Source: Ktedonobacterales bacterium
GTDB taxonomy: Bacteria; Chloroflexota; Ktedonobacteria; Ktedonobacterales; JADMIN01
Direction of reading: 5' to 3'
Assembly: GCA_030167145.1 (NCBI GenBank)
Contig: CP126532.1
Coordinates: 1,560,001 to 1,592,000 of the forward strand
Length of the DNA: 32,000 nucleotides
Position numbers and translations under genes: made by a program. The notes below the pieces were generated by a model. The model was not told where the DNA came from, ran no database searches, and worked only from the letters and a program-made list of their open reading frames with translations. Positions 11,397 to 20,316 of the stretch are shown piece by piece; within the stretch, counting starts at the first letter, position 1; each line of letters begins with the position of its first letter.

Positions 11397-11909
11397 ATGC
11401 AGTTTACCGGTACACAACAAATCAACGCGCCCGCGCAAAAGGTCTGGGATTTCATGCTTGATCCCAACATGGTCGCCAGTTGCGCGCCAGGTTTCCAATC
11501 CATGGAAATCCTCGCGCCCGACCACTTCAAGCCCACCGTCGCCGTGGGCGTCGGCGCGGTGAAAGCCAAATTCACGCTCGACGTTCAGCTCGAAGACGTT
11601 CGCCCACCCGACCACGCTGGCGTCCGTGGCCGGGGCAATGCCGTCGGCAGCGCCGTCGAGTTGCACGGCGCGATGGACCTCACCCCCGTCTCCGACACCG
11701 AAACCACCATGAACTGGACCGCCGACGTCATCGTCAACGGCGTCATCGCCAGCGTCGGCGCACGCCTGCTCGAAGGCACCGCCCAAAAGCTGACGGCACG
11801 CTTCTTCGATTGCTTCCGCCAGAAGCTGGAAGCGCCCGAAACCCCCGCCGCATCGGAAGCACCGGCAACACCATCAACACCGGATGCATCCGATACTGGC
11901 AACACCTGA
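11397..11909 (+). CDS. coxG: CoxG / SRPBCC-family CO dehydrogenase accessory protein
   Basis: GGAGG 8 nt upstream of the ATG at 11397. MQFTGTQQINAPAQKVWDFMLDPN is typical of the CoxG SRPBCC fold. Pro/Ala/Ser/Thr-rich tail. Confidence 0.75.
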   Translation: MQFTGTQQINAPAQKVWDFMLDPNMVASCAPGFQSMEILAPDHFKPTVAVGVGAVKAKFTLDVQLEDVRPPDHAGVRGRGNAVGSAVELHGAMDLTPVSDTETTMNWTADVIVNGVIASVGARLLEGTAQKLTARFFDCFRQKLEAPETPAASEAPATPSTPDASDTGNT

Positions 11910-11941
11910 CCCTTGATCCTGATACGGAAGAGGCTGGCACG

Positions 11942-12913
11942 ATGCGCACCGATCTCCTCGCGAATGCTCAGCAATTGCGCTCTGAGCAGCGCAGCTTCGC
12001 CCTGGCGACCGTCGTCGCGGTCCGCCAGCCTACTTCCGCCACCCCCGGCGCTCGTGCCATCATCCTTCCCGATGGCCGCGTCGAAGGCTGGATCGGCGGC
12101 CACTGCGCCCGCCCCTCCGTCATCCGCCAGGGACTCGACGCGCTCGCCACCGGCACACCGCGGCTCGTCGTCATCAGCCCCGATGCGCGCGAGCCGTCCG
12201 ATCTCACCAACGGCATCGTGGAGGTTCCCATGCTCTGTGCTGGCCAGGGCGAGCTACAGGTCTTCGTCGAGCCATTCCTGCCCCGCACCGCCCTCACCAT
12301 CATCGGCGAATCAGCCGTAGCGCGCTCCCTCGCCAAACTCGCCACCCTGCTGGATTTCGAGGTCTGGGCCTGCGACCCTCTCGCCGACATGGACACCTTC
12401 CCCGATGCCGACCGCCTGGTCCCCACCCTCGACGCCCTCACCCCGCAACTCACCGAGCGCCACTACGTCATCATCGCCACCATCGGCGAATACGACGAAG
12501 ACGCCGCGCTGGTCGCCCTGCGCAGTCCCGCCAGCTACGTCGGCCTCGTCGCCAGCAACAAACGCCTCGCCACCGTCTCAGCCTATCTCACCGAACACGG
12601 CGCCTCCGCTGAGCAGGTCGCGCGGCTCAAGCGCCCGAAAGGCCTCCCTGGCTTCGTCATCAAACCCGAAGAGATTGCCTTCAGCATCCTGGCCGAACTC
12701 ATCGAACTGCGCCATCAGCGTATCGGCCTGCTCCCCACCACTCCCTCGCCCGAACGCGCCACCGCCATTGACCCCATCTGCGGCATGACCGTAGACATCG
12801 CCACCGCCCACCACACCTCCACCCGCAACGGCCAAACCTACTACTTCTGCTCCGCTGGCTGCAAAACCACCTTCGAGTCCTCCCCAACCCCCACAGCCTC
12901 CCCGCATTCGTAG
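11942..12913 (+). CDS. XdhC/CoxI-family molybdoenzyme maturation protein fused to a C-terminal YHS (TRASH-class) metal-binding domain
   Basis: N-terminal FALATVVAVRQPTSATPGARAIILPDGRVEGWIGGHC and central Rossmann-like TIIGESAVARSLAKLA are XdhC-like. C-terminal DPICGMTVDIATAHHTSTRNGQTYYFCSAGCKTTFESSP matches the YHS pattern. Confidence 0.8.
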   Translation: MRTDLLANAQQLRSEQRSFALATVVAVRQPTSATPGARAIILPDGRVEGWIGGHCARPSVIRQGLDALATGTPRLVVISPDAREPSDLTNGIVEVPMLCAGQGELQVFVEPFLPRTALTIIGESAVARSLAKLATLLDFEVWACDPLADMDTFPDADRLVPTLDALTPQLTERHYVIIATIGEYDEDAALVALRSPASYVGLVASNKRLATVSAYLTEHGASAEQVARLKRPKGLPGFVIKPEEIAFSILAELIELRHQRIGLLPTTPSPERATAIDPICGMTVDIATAHHTSTRNGQTYYFCSAGCKTTFESSPTPTASPHS

Positions 12914-12932
12914 GGGCGTCCGGCGGACGCCC
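12914..12932 (+). terminator. GC hairpin immediately after the cox operon stop (GGGCGTCC-GGC-GGACGCCC)
   Basis: Perfect 8-bp stem starting one nt after the TAG. No clear U-tract (GTTCTCGC follows), so intrinsic-terminator function is uncertain. Confidence 0.4.
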
Positions 12933-13248
12933 GTTCTCGCACCGCTTCATCCATCTCACAACGCGAAAATGTCACACATGCCCAAATCACCATCATCTGT
13001 GACATCCCAAAATCCCGAAAAAAGCACTTCCCGTCTACCGAGCGATGATACACTGTGACATTGCCGTGCAAGAACCCGCCCTGCGCAAACGCATCCGGCG
13101 CGGCACACTCCTCTCCATCAAGCATGGCAAACGCTTCTACAGCCATCCCCTCCTTGCCCTCTGATATATCCGGGCGTACACAGCGATAATGCCCATTCCG
13201 CTTCCAAAACGCTCATCACGTATCCCCTCCTTGCCTCCCCATTCTCCG

Positions 13249-13262
13249 CATGCTACACTACC
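13249..13262 (+). promoter_or_regulatory. Conserved box CATGCTACACTACC (extended -10-like TGCTACACT); TTGCCT lies 17 nt upstream
   Basis: The same 14-mer occurs at 15089-15102 and 20366-20379. TTGCCT at 13231-13236 is a possible -35. About 180 nt upstream of the TIR-FGS start. Confidence 0.35.
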
Positions 13263-13318
13263 TTCACACCAGGACTGTAGGGGCATCTACCATTCCAGTT
13301 GTGCAGCCATTCGGTAGA

Positions 13319-13404
13319 GCGGACATTCCTGTCTGCCTCTGCTGGTGGGGCGGACATTCCTGTTTGCCTGCTGGCTACTGGCAGGGCGGACATTCCTGTC
13401 TGCC
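13319..13404 (+). repeat. Three spaced copies of a 20-nt hairpin module (G)GCGGACATTCCTGT(C/T)TGCC
   Basis: Copies at 13319-13337, 13349-13368 and 13385-13404. The stem GGCGGACA/TGTCTGCC needs a G-U pair that exists only on the + strand. An inverted relative lies at 25814-25833. Confidence 0.8.
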
Positions 13405-13441
13405 ATCATGTCACGCGCCCATTGTCGGGAGGTTCGCCGCC

Positions 13442-14869
13442 ATGACATCGCCCGCCGCCTCCGACACCCCGCGCATCTTCGTCAGCCACAGCCACGAAGA
13501 CGACGACTTCTGCCGCACCTACGTGACCGAACTGCGGCGACTCCTTAGCTTCCACGACGCCGTCTGGTACGACGAGCACAACATGGGTTCAGGCGAACTC
13601 CTGCGCGAGATCCAGCGCCAACTGCATCAGCGGCCCATCTTCATCGTCATCCTCTCGCCCGCCGCCCTGCACCGCTCGCGCTGGGTTCCCGACGAATGCG
13701 CCTGGGCCTACGACCTCTACCAGCAAGAAACCGGCCGCACCATCCTCCCCGTCACCGGCGCACCCATCACCGCCAAAGACTTCGTACCCGACTGGATCTA
13801 CCTCCGTGGCTTCCGCCGCATCGAAGCCCCCAACCTCCAACCCTACCCCCCGCAAGAAGCCGCCCGCCGCACCGTCGCCGCCCTCCCTTCTACCGTGCAA
13901 GCCACGCCCACCGCGACACTCACTTCCAATTCAACCTTATCCGCACCTGCTCCTGCCTCACCTCCCAAGCGCCCGCGCGCCAGGGAGGGCGGTCAGGGCG
14001 GTCCGATACTGGTGAAGCCTGTGCTCAGCGCGTCTACGCCTACCCCGAAACCGTCCGCGCCCGCGCTCCCACCAGACCAGTTCCCCCCACGCCTCGCCAG
14101 CCTCGGCTTCACTGTGCAGGCAGCGACCGACACTACTGGCAAGCGCATCCCCTACATCCTCCCACCGCTCTGCTCCGTCCCCGCCGGACTCTTCCGCATG
14201 GGCAGCGACCCCCGCCAGGGCCGTGCCATGCCGGACGAGGAACCGCAGCACGACGTCACCTTGCCCTCCTACCAGATCGCGCGCTACCCCATCACCGTCG
14301 CCGAATACGCCTGCTTTGTCCACTCCGGGCACAATGCCCCTACCGATTGGGCCACGCAGCAGGGCAAGCTCGACCACCCCGTCATATGGGTCTCGTGGCA
14401 CGACGCCGTCGCCTACGCCAAGTGGCTTGCCAAGCTCACTGGCCAGCCGTGGCGGCTGCCCACCGAGGCCGAATGGGAGAAAGCCGCCCGCTGGGATCCG
14501 CCGCGCCGCGTCAGCCGTCTCTATCCCTGGGGCGACACGTTTGACAAAGTCAGCGCCAACACGTCCGAAAGCGGCAATCATGGCACGACGCCCGTGGGCA
14601 CGTACCCCCATGGCGCCAGCCCTTGCGGCGCACAGGATATGGTCGGCAACGTCTTGGAGTGGTGTAGCAGCCTCTATAGACCGTACTCGTACAACAGTTC
14701 ACTTGGAAGAGAGGAGATGGACGATTCTACTGACAGGCGTGTGCTACGGGGCGGCTCGTGGTACGCCGGCACCATGGAGGCGCGAGCGGCCTTCCGCGGC
14801 AACCTCTGGCCGGGTGTCACCGACTACTTTATTGGCTTCCGCTTGGCTCTCGCGATCCCCATCTCATAA
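13442..14869 (+). CDS. TIR domain / FGE-sulfatase (SUMF1-like, cysteine-less) domain fusion protein
   Basis: GGGAGG 9 nt upstream of the ATG at 13442. TIR motifs: RIFVSHSHEDDDF, PIFIVILSPAALHRSRWVPDEC. Pro/Ser/Thr-rich linker. FGE-sulfatase motifs: FRMGSD, WVSWHDAVAYAKWL, RLPTEAEWEKAARW, GNVLEWC, LRGGSW, GFRLA. Confidence 0.8.
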   Translation: MTSPAASDTPRIFVSHSHEDDDFCRTYVTELRRLLSFHDAVWYDEHNMGSGELLREIQRQLHQRPIFIVILSPAALHRSRWVPDECAWAYDLYQQETGRTILPVTGAPITAKDFVPDWIYLRGFRRIEAPNLQPYPPQEAARRTVAALPSTVQATPTATLTSNSTLSAPAPASPPKRPRAREGGQGGPILVKPVLSASTPTPKPSAPALPPDQFPPRLASLGFTVQAATDTTGKRIPYILPPLCSVPAGLFRMGSDPRQGRAMPDEEPQHDVTLPSYQIARYPITVAEYACFVHSGHNAPTDWATQQGKLDHPVIWVSWHDAVAYAKWLAKLTGQPWRLPTEAEWEKAARWDPPRRVSRLYPWGDTFDKVSANTSESGNHGTTPVGTYPHGASPCGAQDMVGNVLEWCSSLYRPYSYNSSLGREEMDDSTDRRVLRGGSWYAGTMEARAAFRGNLWPGVTDYFIGFRLALAIPIS

Positions 14870-15083
14870 CCCAATAGCCGTATTCTGTTACTCTAAAAAT
14901 GTATGCGCATCACCAATGTACAACTTTTGTTGCAAGCGCCCGGTAGCAGTCGGTGCTTCTCTCGTGCGCGAGCATCGCGGCCCTTGACCACAGCCTTCCG
15001 ACCCTTCACGCGCGTCCACCTTTGCCCACCTCGTGTCTGCTTCTGCCCGCCTTCGCCCCCACCTGTCCCCCCGTGCCCTCCCT

Positions 15084-15580
<497 letters not shown>

Positions 15581-15612
15581 GCGCCGTGTCCGTCCTTAAT
15601 TGTGCAACTGCA

Positions 15613-17088
15613 TCACCCGCCCGCAGTCACATTCCGCGTCCCCGCAATCACCGCATTGACCGGACCCGACCCCATCACCACCACCACATCACCAGGGCGA
15701 CGCAGCTCGCGCAGCAGCGCGGCGGTTTCATCGTAATTGCCGCCGTAGCGTGCCGCGCCAGGACGGTCCGCAAATGCCAGACGCTGGGCAATCTTCTCAG
15801 AGAGCGCGCTGCCGTGGATCAGCCCGGTATCGGACTCGCGCGAAGGTTGAATCTCGACAATGATCACCTCATCGGCGAGGTCGAAGGCTTCGGAGAACGG
15901 CGTCAGAAAGCGGTGCAGCCGGGTGTAGAGCGTCGGCTGAAAGACCGCGATCACGCGGCGACCAGGGAAGCGCTCGCGGGCGGTTTCCAGGGTCAGCGCC
16001 ACGGCGTGCGGGTGGTGGGCGTAGTCGTCCACGAACGTCACATCGCCATCCTCGACGATCTCAAATCGGCGGCGCAGCCCCGGCCAGTGGGTGAGCGCCG
16101 GTACCAGCACATCGTGCGAGACGCCCAGCGCATCGGCGGCGCAGGCGGCGGCAACCGCGTTGTAGACATTGTGGCGGCCAGGGGTACTCAGCGTAACGCG
16201 GCCCAGATGCTCGCCACACAGGCAGAGGGTGAAACTGGTCTCGCCGCCCACGAACACCTCCTCGCCGCGCGCATCCACATTCGGCGTGTCCAGGCCGAAC
16301 GTGCGCACCACACCGGGCCAATCGCCAAGCAGACGCAGCACGTCCAGGCAGCCGGGGCTATCGGCATTGAGGATCAGCGTCGGCGGGATCGCCCCGTTGT
16401 CGCCATGTTCAGACATATCCATGCCGCGAATGAACGAGACGAAGGCGTCGCGGATGACCTCATACGAGGGATAGAACTCAGGGTGGTCGTACTCCACGGC
16501 GGTCAGCACCACCACGCGCGGATGGTAGTTGAGGAAGTTGTAGTCCCACTCATCCGCCTCGTTGAGGAAATAGGCGCTGTGGCCGTGGCGGCTGTTCGTC
16601 CCCCATTCCAGCGAGATTGCGCCCACCTCCACCGTAGGATCCAGTCCCCCCGCCACGGCGAGGCTGCCAAGCAGCGCGGTAGTCGAGCCTTTGCCGTGAA
16701 CTCCCGCAACCGAGACCCCCATATAGCCGCTCATCAGATAGCCGAGCAACTCCTGCCACTTGCGCGTGGGGATGCCGCGCTCACGCGCGACGACCAGTTC
16801 CGGCAAATCTGGATTGCGATGCGTAATAAACGGCGTGTACACCACCAGATCAGCATCCGCGCTATGCGTCGCATCGTGGCCCAGCGCCATAGCAATACCA
16901 TCGGATTGCAGCGCGCGAAATCCCGCCGAGGCCGAAATGTCGCAGCCAGAGACCAGCGCGCCATGCTGCCGCGCGAGCCAGATCGCCGACGAGATGCCAG
17001 GGCCGCCCGCACCGATGAAATGGATGCGTTTACCGCTCATCCCCGCAGGAAACAACTCCGCCAGCGAAAGGGTCTCTGTTCCGGCCAT
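15613..17088 (-). CDS. murC: UDP-N-acetylmuramate--L-alanine ligase
   Basis: IHFIGAGGPGISS (N-terminal nucleotide fold), VAGVHGKGSTT (P-loop), DDYAHHPHAV..VFQPTLYTR (MurC C-terminal pattern). 491 aa. Confidence 0.8.
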   Translation of the reverse strand: MAGTETLSLAELFPAGMSGKRIHFIGAGGPGISSAIWLARQHGALVSGCDISASAGFRALQSDGIAMALGHDATHSADADLVVYTPFITHRNPDLPELVVARERGIPTRKWQELLGYLMSGYMGVSVAGVHGKGSTTALLGSLAVAGGLDPTVEVGAISLEWGTNSRHGHSAYFLNEADEWDYNFLNYHPRVVVLTAVEYDHPEFYPSYEVIRDAFVSFIRGMDMSEHGDNGAIPPTLILNADSPGCLDVLRLLGDWPGVVRTFGLDTPNVDARGEEVFVGGETSFTLCLCGEHLGRVTLSTPGRHNVYNAVAAACAADALGVSHDVLVPALTHWPGLRRRFEIVEDGDVTFVDDYAHHPHAVALTLETARERFPGRRVIAVFQPTLYTRLHRFLTPFSEAFDLADEVIIVEIQPSRESDTGLIHGSALSEKIAQRLAFADRPGAARYGGNYDETAALLRELRRPGDVVVVMGSGPVNAVIAGTRNVTAGG

Positions 17089-17518
17089 GAATATCCGCTC
17101 CCGATATGCATCACAATGTGGAAACTGTAGCGGCGCTCGCTAGGGCATCGCACGCCGTCGTCATTTTACCATGCGCGGTTTTCGCGCTAGCCACACAGGC
17201 ACATCACAGTCTCGAACAGAGAGCGGACTGTCTTTTACCCTGCGCGGTCGCATGGGAACGCACCGGCGGACAGTGACAAAGCCGCCAGCCCCTGCGTACC
17301 ACCTCCACTCCCACCATCAACCGGCGCACACCAGCGCATGTGGTACACGATCTGCGAAAGTGAGCGGGAGTATCCGGCTCGCGCCCATGCGTTCCCAGCC
17401 CTTGAAAGTGGTTGTGGTGGTTGGGACCCCTGATTCAATCGGTTGGGCATACCGACGTGCTTGGGTGACAACCTGGATGACGACGTGGGTGTCGGGGTAG
17501 CGAGGAGCCTGAAATACC

Positions 17519-18694
17519 ATGAGTACAGAGTTGCCACCTTCTTCCGCGCTATCGCTCGATTCTGCCGCACCATCACCACCGCCACGCGCGTCCGGCCTCA
17601 TCTCACTGACCCAGAGTACGCTGTGGATGTCGCTGGCGCTGGTCGTGGCCGTGTTGATCGCGCTCGTACTCATCAACCACGCGCTGGGACCCATTATCCT
17701 GCTGCTACTGGCAATCATCATCGGCGAAGCCATCCGCCCCCTCGTAGACTTTCTCACGCGCTACCATATCCCGGCGCCCCTGGCCGTGCTGGCGATCTAC
17801 CTGGTCATCGTCGTCATTTCCGGAGCGCTCTTCTGGCTCCTGGTGAACCCGCTCATCACACAACTCGGCTCGCTGGCCCAGCATCTCCCCCAATATCAGG
17901 AGCAGGTGCAGCGCCAACTCACTGACCTGCAACAGCGGCTCAATGCCCAGGGCAACCTCGGACAAGCCGTATACAGCTTGGCGACGGCGCTCGCGACAGC
18001 GGTACAACAGTCGGCTCCCGCCCTGCTTGCCGTCCCATTCAACTTTCTCAAGGGCATCTTCGGCATCCTGATTAACCTGGTCATCATCCTCACCATGACC
18101 TTATTCTGGCTGCTCAGCTCCCGCAAGCTCAAGCGCTTTGTGGTCGGGCTGCTGCCCACGCGCTCGCAGGCCCATGCCTCCTCGGTCATCGGCGAGGTAG
18201 CCCTGGCCTTTGGCGGCTATGTGCGCGGCACGCTCATCAGCATGCTGGTGATCGGAACAATCACCGCCATCGGGCTGGCGCTCCTTGGCGTGCCCTACGC
18301 GCTGCTGCTGGGGGTGCTGGCTGGATTATGCGAACTGCTGCCCTACCTGGGGCCGTGGATTGCCGGACCGGTCTCGGTCGTACTTGCCCTGATCGCCGTC
18401 GGGCCGCTCAAAGCCGTCGAGGTAGCGATCCTCTTCGTCCTGATTCAGGAGCTAGAAGGCAACGTCGTCGAACCCCTGGTGATGAGCCGCTCCGTGCATA
18501 TAGATCCCCTCCTGGTCATTGTCGCGGTGCTGATCGGCATCAACTTGCTGGGCATCATCGGGGCCATTCTCGCCGTCCCGATTGCCGCCGGTGTGCAGGT
18601 GATTGTCGTGCGGGTCCTGGCTCCGGCCATCCGCAGGAAGTCCGGCAGCCTCGCGCCTGCCACCCTGACGCCTGACCCGGCTCCCAACACGTGA
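17519..18694 (+). CDS. AI-2E family transporter (PerM/UPF0118-like permease)
   Basis: Polytopic. Conserved C-terminal region LAGLCELLPYLGPWIAG..IQELEGNVVEPLVMSRSVHIDPL..AILAVPIAA. Confidence 0.8.
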   Translation: MSTELPPSSALSLDSAAPSPPPRASGLISLTQSTLWMSLALVVAVLIALVLINHALGPIILLLLAIIIGEAIRPLVDFLTRYHIPAPLAVLAIYLVIVVISGALFWLLVNPLITQLGSLAQHLPQYQEQVQRQLTDLQQRLNAQGNLGQAVYSLATALATAVQQSAPALLAVPFNFLKGIFGILINLVIILTMTLFWLLSSRKLKRFVVGLLPTRSQAHASSVIGEVALAFGGYVRGTLISMLVIGTITAIGLALLGVPYALLLGVLAGLCELLPYLGPWIAGPVSVVLALIAVGPLKAVEVAILFVLIQELEGNVVEPLVMSRSVHIDPLLVIVAVLIGINLLGIIGAILAVPIAAGVQVIVVRVLAPAIRRKSGSLAPATLTPDPAPNT

Positions 18695-18890
18695 CAAGAA
18701 TACGCATGACACTGTGAACTGCACGGCCTATACTGGCAGTGAATGTTGAACGTGGGGGCAGGGTGGCTGAGTGTCAGTGGTTGGGTGTTGCCAGGGCCGC
18801 TATTTGGTATGTTTCGTGTGGCTGTGATTGCGTGAGATCCCCCACATATAGCGCAATAGCGTAGGCGCTGCCACGAGCGGATGCGACATC

Positions 18891-19616
18891 TCACTGCCAC
18901 ACGATCTGGAGCTTGGCGATATTCTCGTAGTCTATCTGCACGCTGCGAAACGGCGTGCCGCCGGGCCTGATCGTCGTCACCCGCACCAGCGAGAGCGTTC
19001 CAGGGCCGGGCTGGAAGCCGCTGAACTGGCTGGCCTGCACGCTCAGTGTGCCCGTCTCGCCGAGCGGGAGCGTAAAGGTGATGTGGTTGCGGCTATCCTG
19101 AGCGATAGCCAATATCGTCGTGTTATCCAGTCCGCTGGGCTGATATTGAATCTTCAGCGGGTCCGTGGTGGGAATGGCCACCGTCGCCCCGTTGACCGGC
19201 TGAATCGCCTTGACCGGCGCGTTCACCACCTTGACGGGTATAGTGATGGCAGCGGCGTGGGCGGGTGTATAGGCGATAGTATAGGCGCCGTTCGCGGGCT
19301 GGCGCGCCACCTCGCTGGTATACGCCCCATAATTGACGAGCCGCTGAATCGGGCCGCTGTCATACGCCAGGAACGTCCCGTCACACGCCACCGTCTCGCC
19401 GGAGACGAACTCAACCGTATCGAACGAAGCCGTGGAGAAACGCACCACCACCGGCGTAGTGCCCTGGCCATAATCGTCCAGCCGGATATACACGTTCATC
19501 GCCCCCGGCGTCTGAGGCGCGGTCACCGTCTTGCAGCCGCTAATGGCGATAAGCGCCATACCCATCAACATCACGACGCTGCCGCGAACCCATTGGCGAG
19601 AAAGCGCGATACCCAT
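18891..19616 (-). CDS. Hypothetical lipoprotein
   Basis: Signal peptide with lipobox LIAISGC. GAGGTGG RBS 4 nt upstream of the ATG. Beta-rich mature part with no recognisable domain. Confidence 0.65.
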   Translation of the reverse strand: MGIALSRQWVRGSVVMLMGMALIAISGCKTVTAPQTPGAMNVYIRLDDYGQGTTPVVVRFSTASFDTVEFVSGETVACDGTFLAYDSGPIQRLVNYGAYTSEVARQPANGAYTIAYTPAHAAAITIPVKVVNAPVKAIQPVNGATVAIPTTDPLKIQYQPSGLDNTTILAIAQDSRNHITFTLPLGETGTLSVQASQFSGFQPGPGTLSLVRVTTIRPGGTPFRSVQIDYENIAKLQIVWQ

Positions 19617-19720
19617 AGTTCCACCTCATAGCAATACCCGCAGTGCCACCGGACCTTGCCTCGCCACCAGATGGATCGTCATCCAACAATAGAGTAGGCA
19701 TGATAACGGGCGGACGGACT

Positions 19721-20161
19721 TTAGTTCGATGTGTCATTCTGGAAAGCGCCAGACAACATGATACTGAGAAATCCCAACGGAATAAGGAGGATCAATGCCA
19801 CAGCGAGCGCATTCTGAAGTGCCCCAAAGGGTAATCCAAATATGCCTGGGAAGGACGGCATGAACAACCTGAGCGCAAACGCCAGGATCGCATCTATAGC
19901 GGCAATACCAGGTACGATGCGCGCCCATGCGGGACGGATACCGCCGAGAAATCGGAGAACATACCCAGCAGCGAGTAACAACTCAAGACCAACAACCGAC
20001 CCTAACACGAGCTTCGAATCCCCTATTATGCCTCCCAGGGCGATACAATTTAGTACAAGCAAAAGCGCACCTCGCCGCCGTGCGCGATTTCTGTTCCAGA
20101 CGATCTGCGGCGCTTCTGGTACGCCAACCGGCGCCGCAGGCTCTTCTGCTTCTGATGCCAT
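19721..20161 (-). CDS. Hypothetical integral membrane protein (about 4 TM)
   Basis: Hydrophobic segments after an acidic and then basic N-terminus. Lies in a visibly lower-GC patch. Weak RBS. Confidence 0.5.
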   Translation of the reverse strand: MASEAEEPAAPVGVPEAPQIVWNRNRARRRGALLLVLNCIALGGIIGDSKLVLGSVVGLELLLAAGYVLRFLGGIRPAWARIVPGIAAIDAILAFALRLFMPSFPGIFGLPFGALQNALAVALILLIPLGFLSIMLSGAFQNDTSN

Positions 20162-20316
20162 GCTCGACCCACTCTCAGCACATCTTCCAAATCATAATCT
20201 CACCAACCAAGCTCCATAATCGGAAACGCCCGCAAGAGTTCAGAGTTCAGGATTCAGCCAAACGCTCTTTACGTAGCATGATACACCACATGTGCGCACC
20301 CGTCCGCACTAGTCCA

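Noticed and set aside
12841-13146. 101-aa minus-strand ORF overlapping the 3' end of the XdhC-YHS gene
   Set aside because: Noticeably lower GC3 than neighbouring genes. Its RBS-like AAGGAGGGG abuts the ATG with too short a spacer. It overlaps the YHS coding region and the hairpin. No recognisable domain. Kept only as a remote possibility.
13250-13441. 64-codon upstream extension of the TIR-FGS ORF starting at the box ATG (MLHYLHTRT..GGHSCLP..)
   Set aside because: It translates the triple hairpin repeat. There is no RBS before 13250, while GGGAGG precedes 13442. An annotation pipeline might still choose the longer start.
18755-18800. tRNA-like string GGGGCAGGGTGGCTGAGTGTCAGTGGTTGGG
   Set aside because: I could not fold it into a cloverleaf: there is no matching acceptor stem and no T-loop GTTCRA motif.
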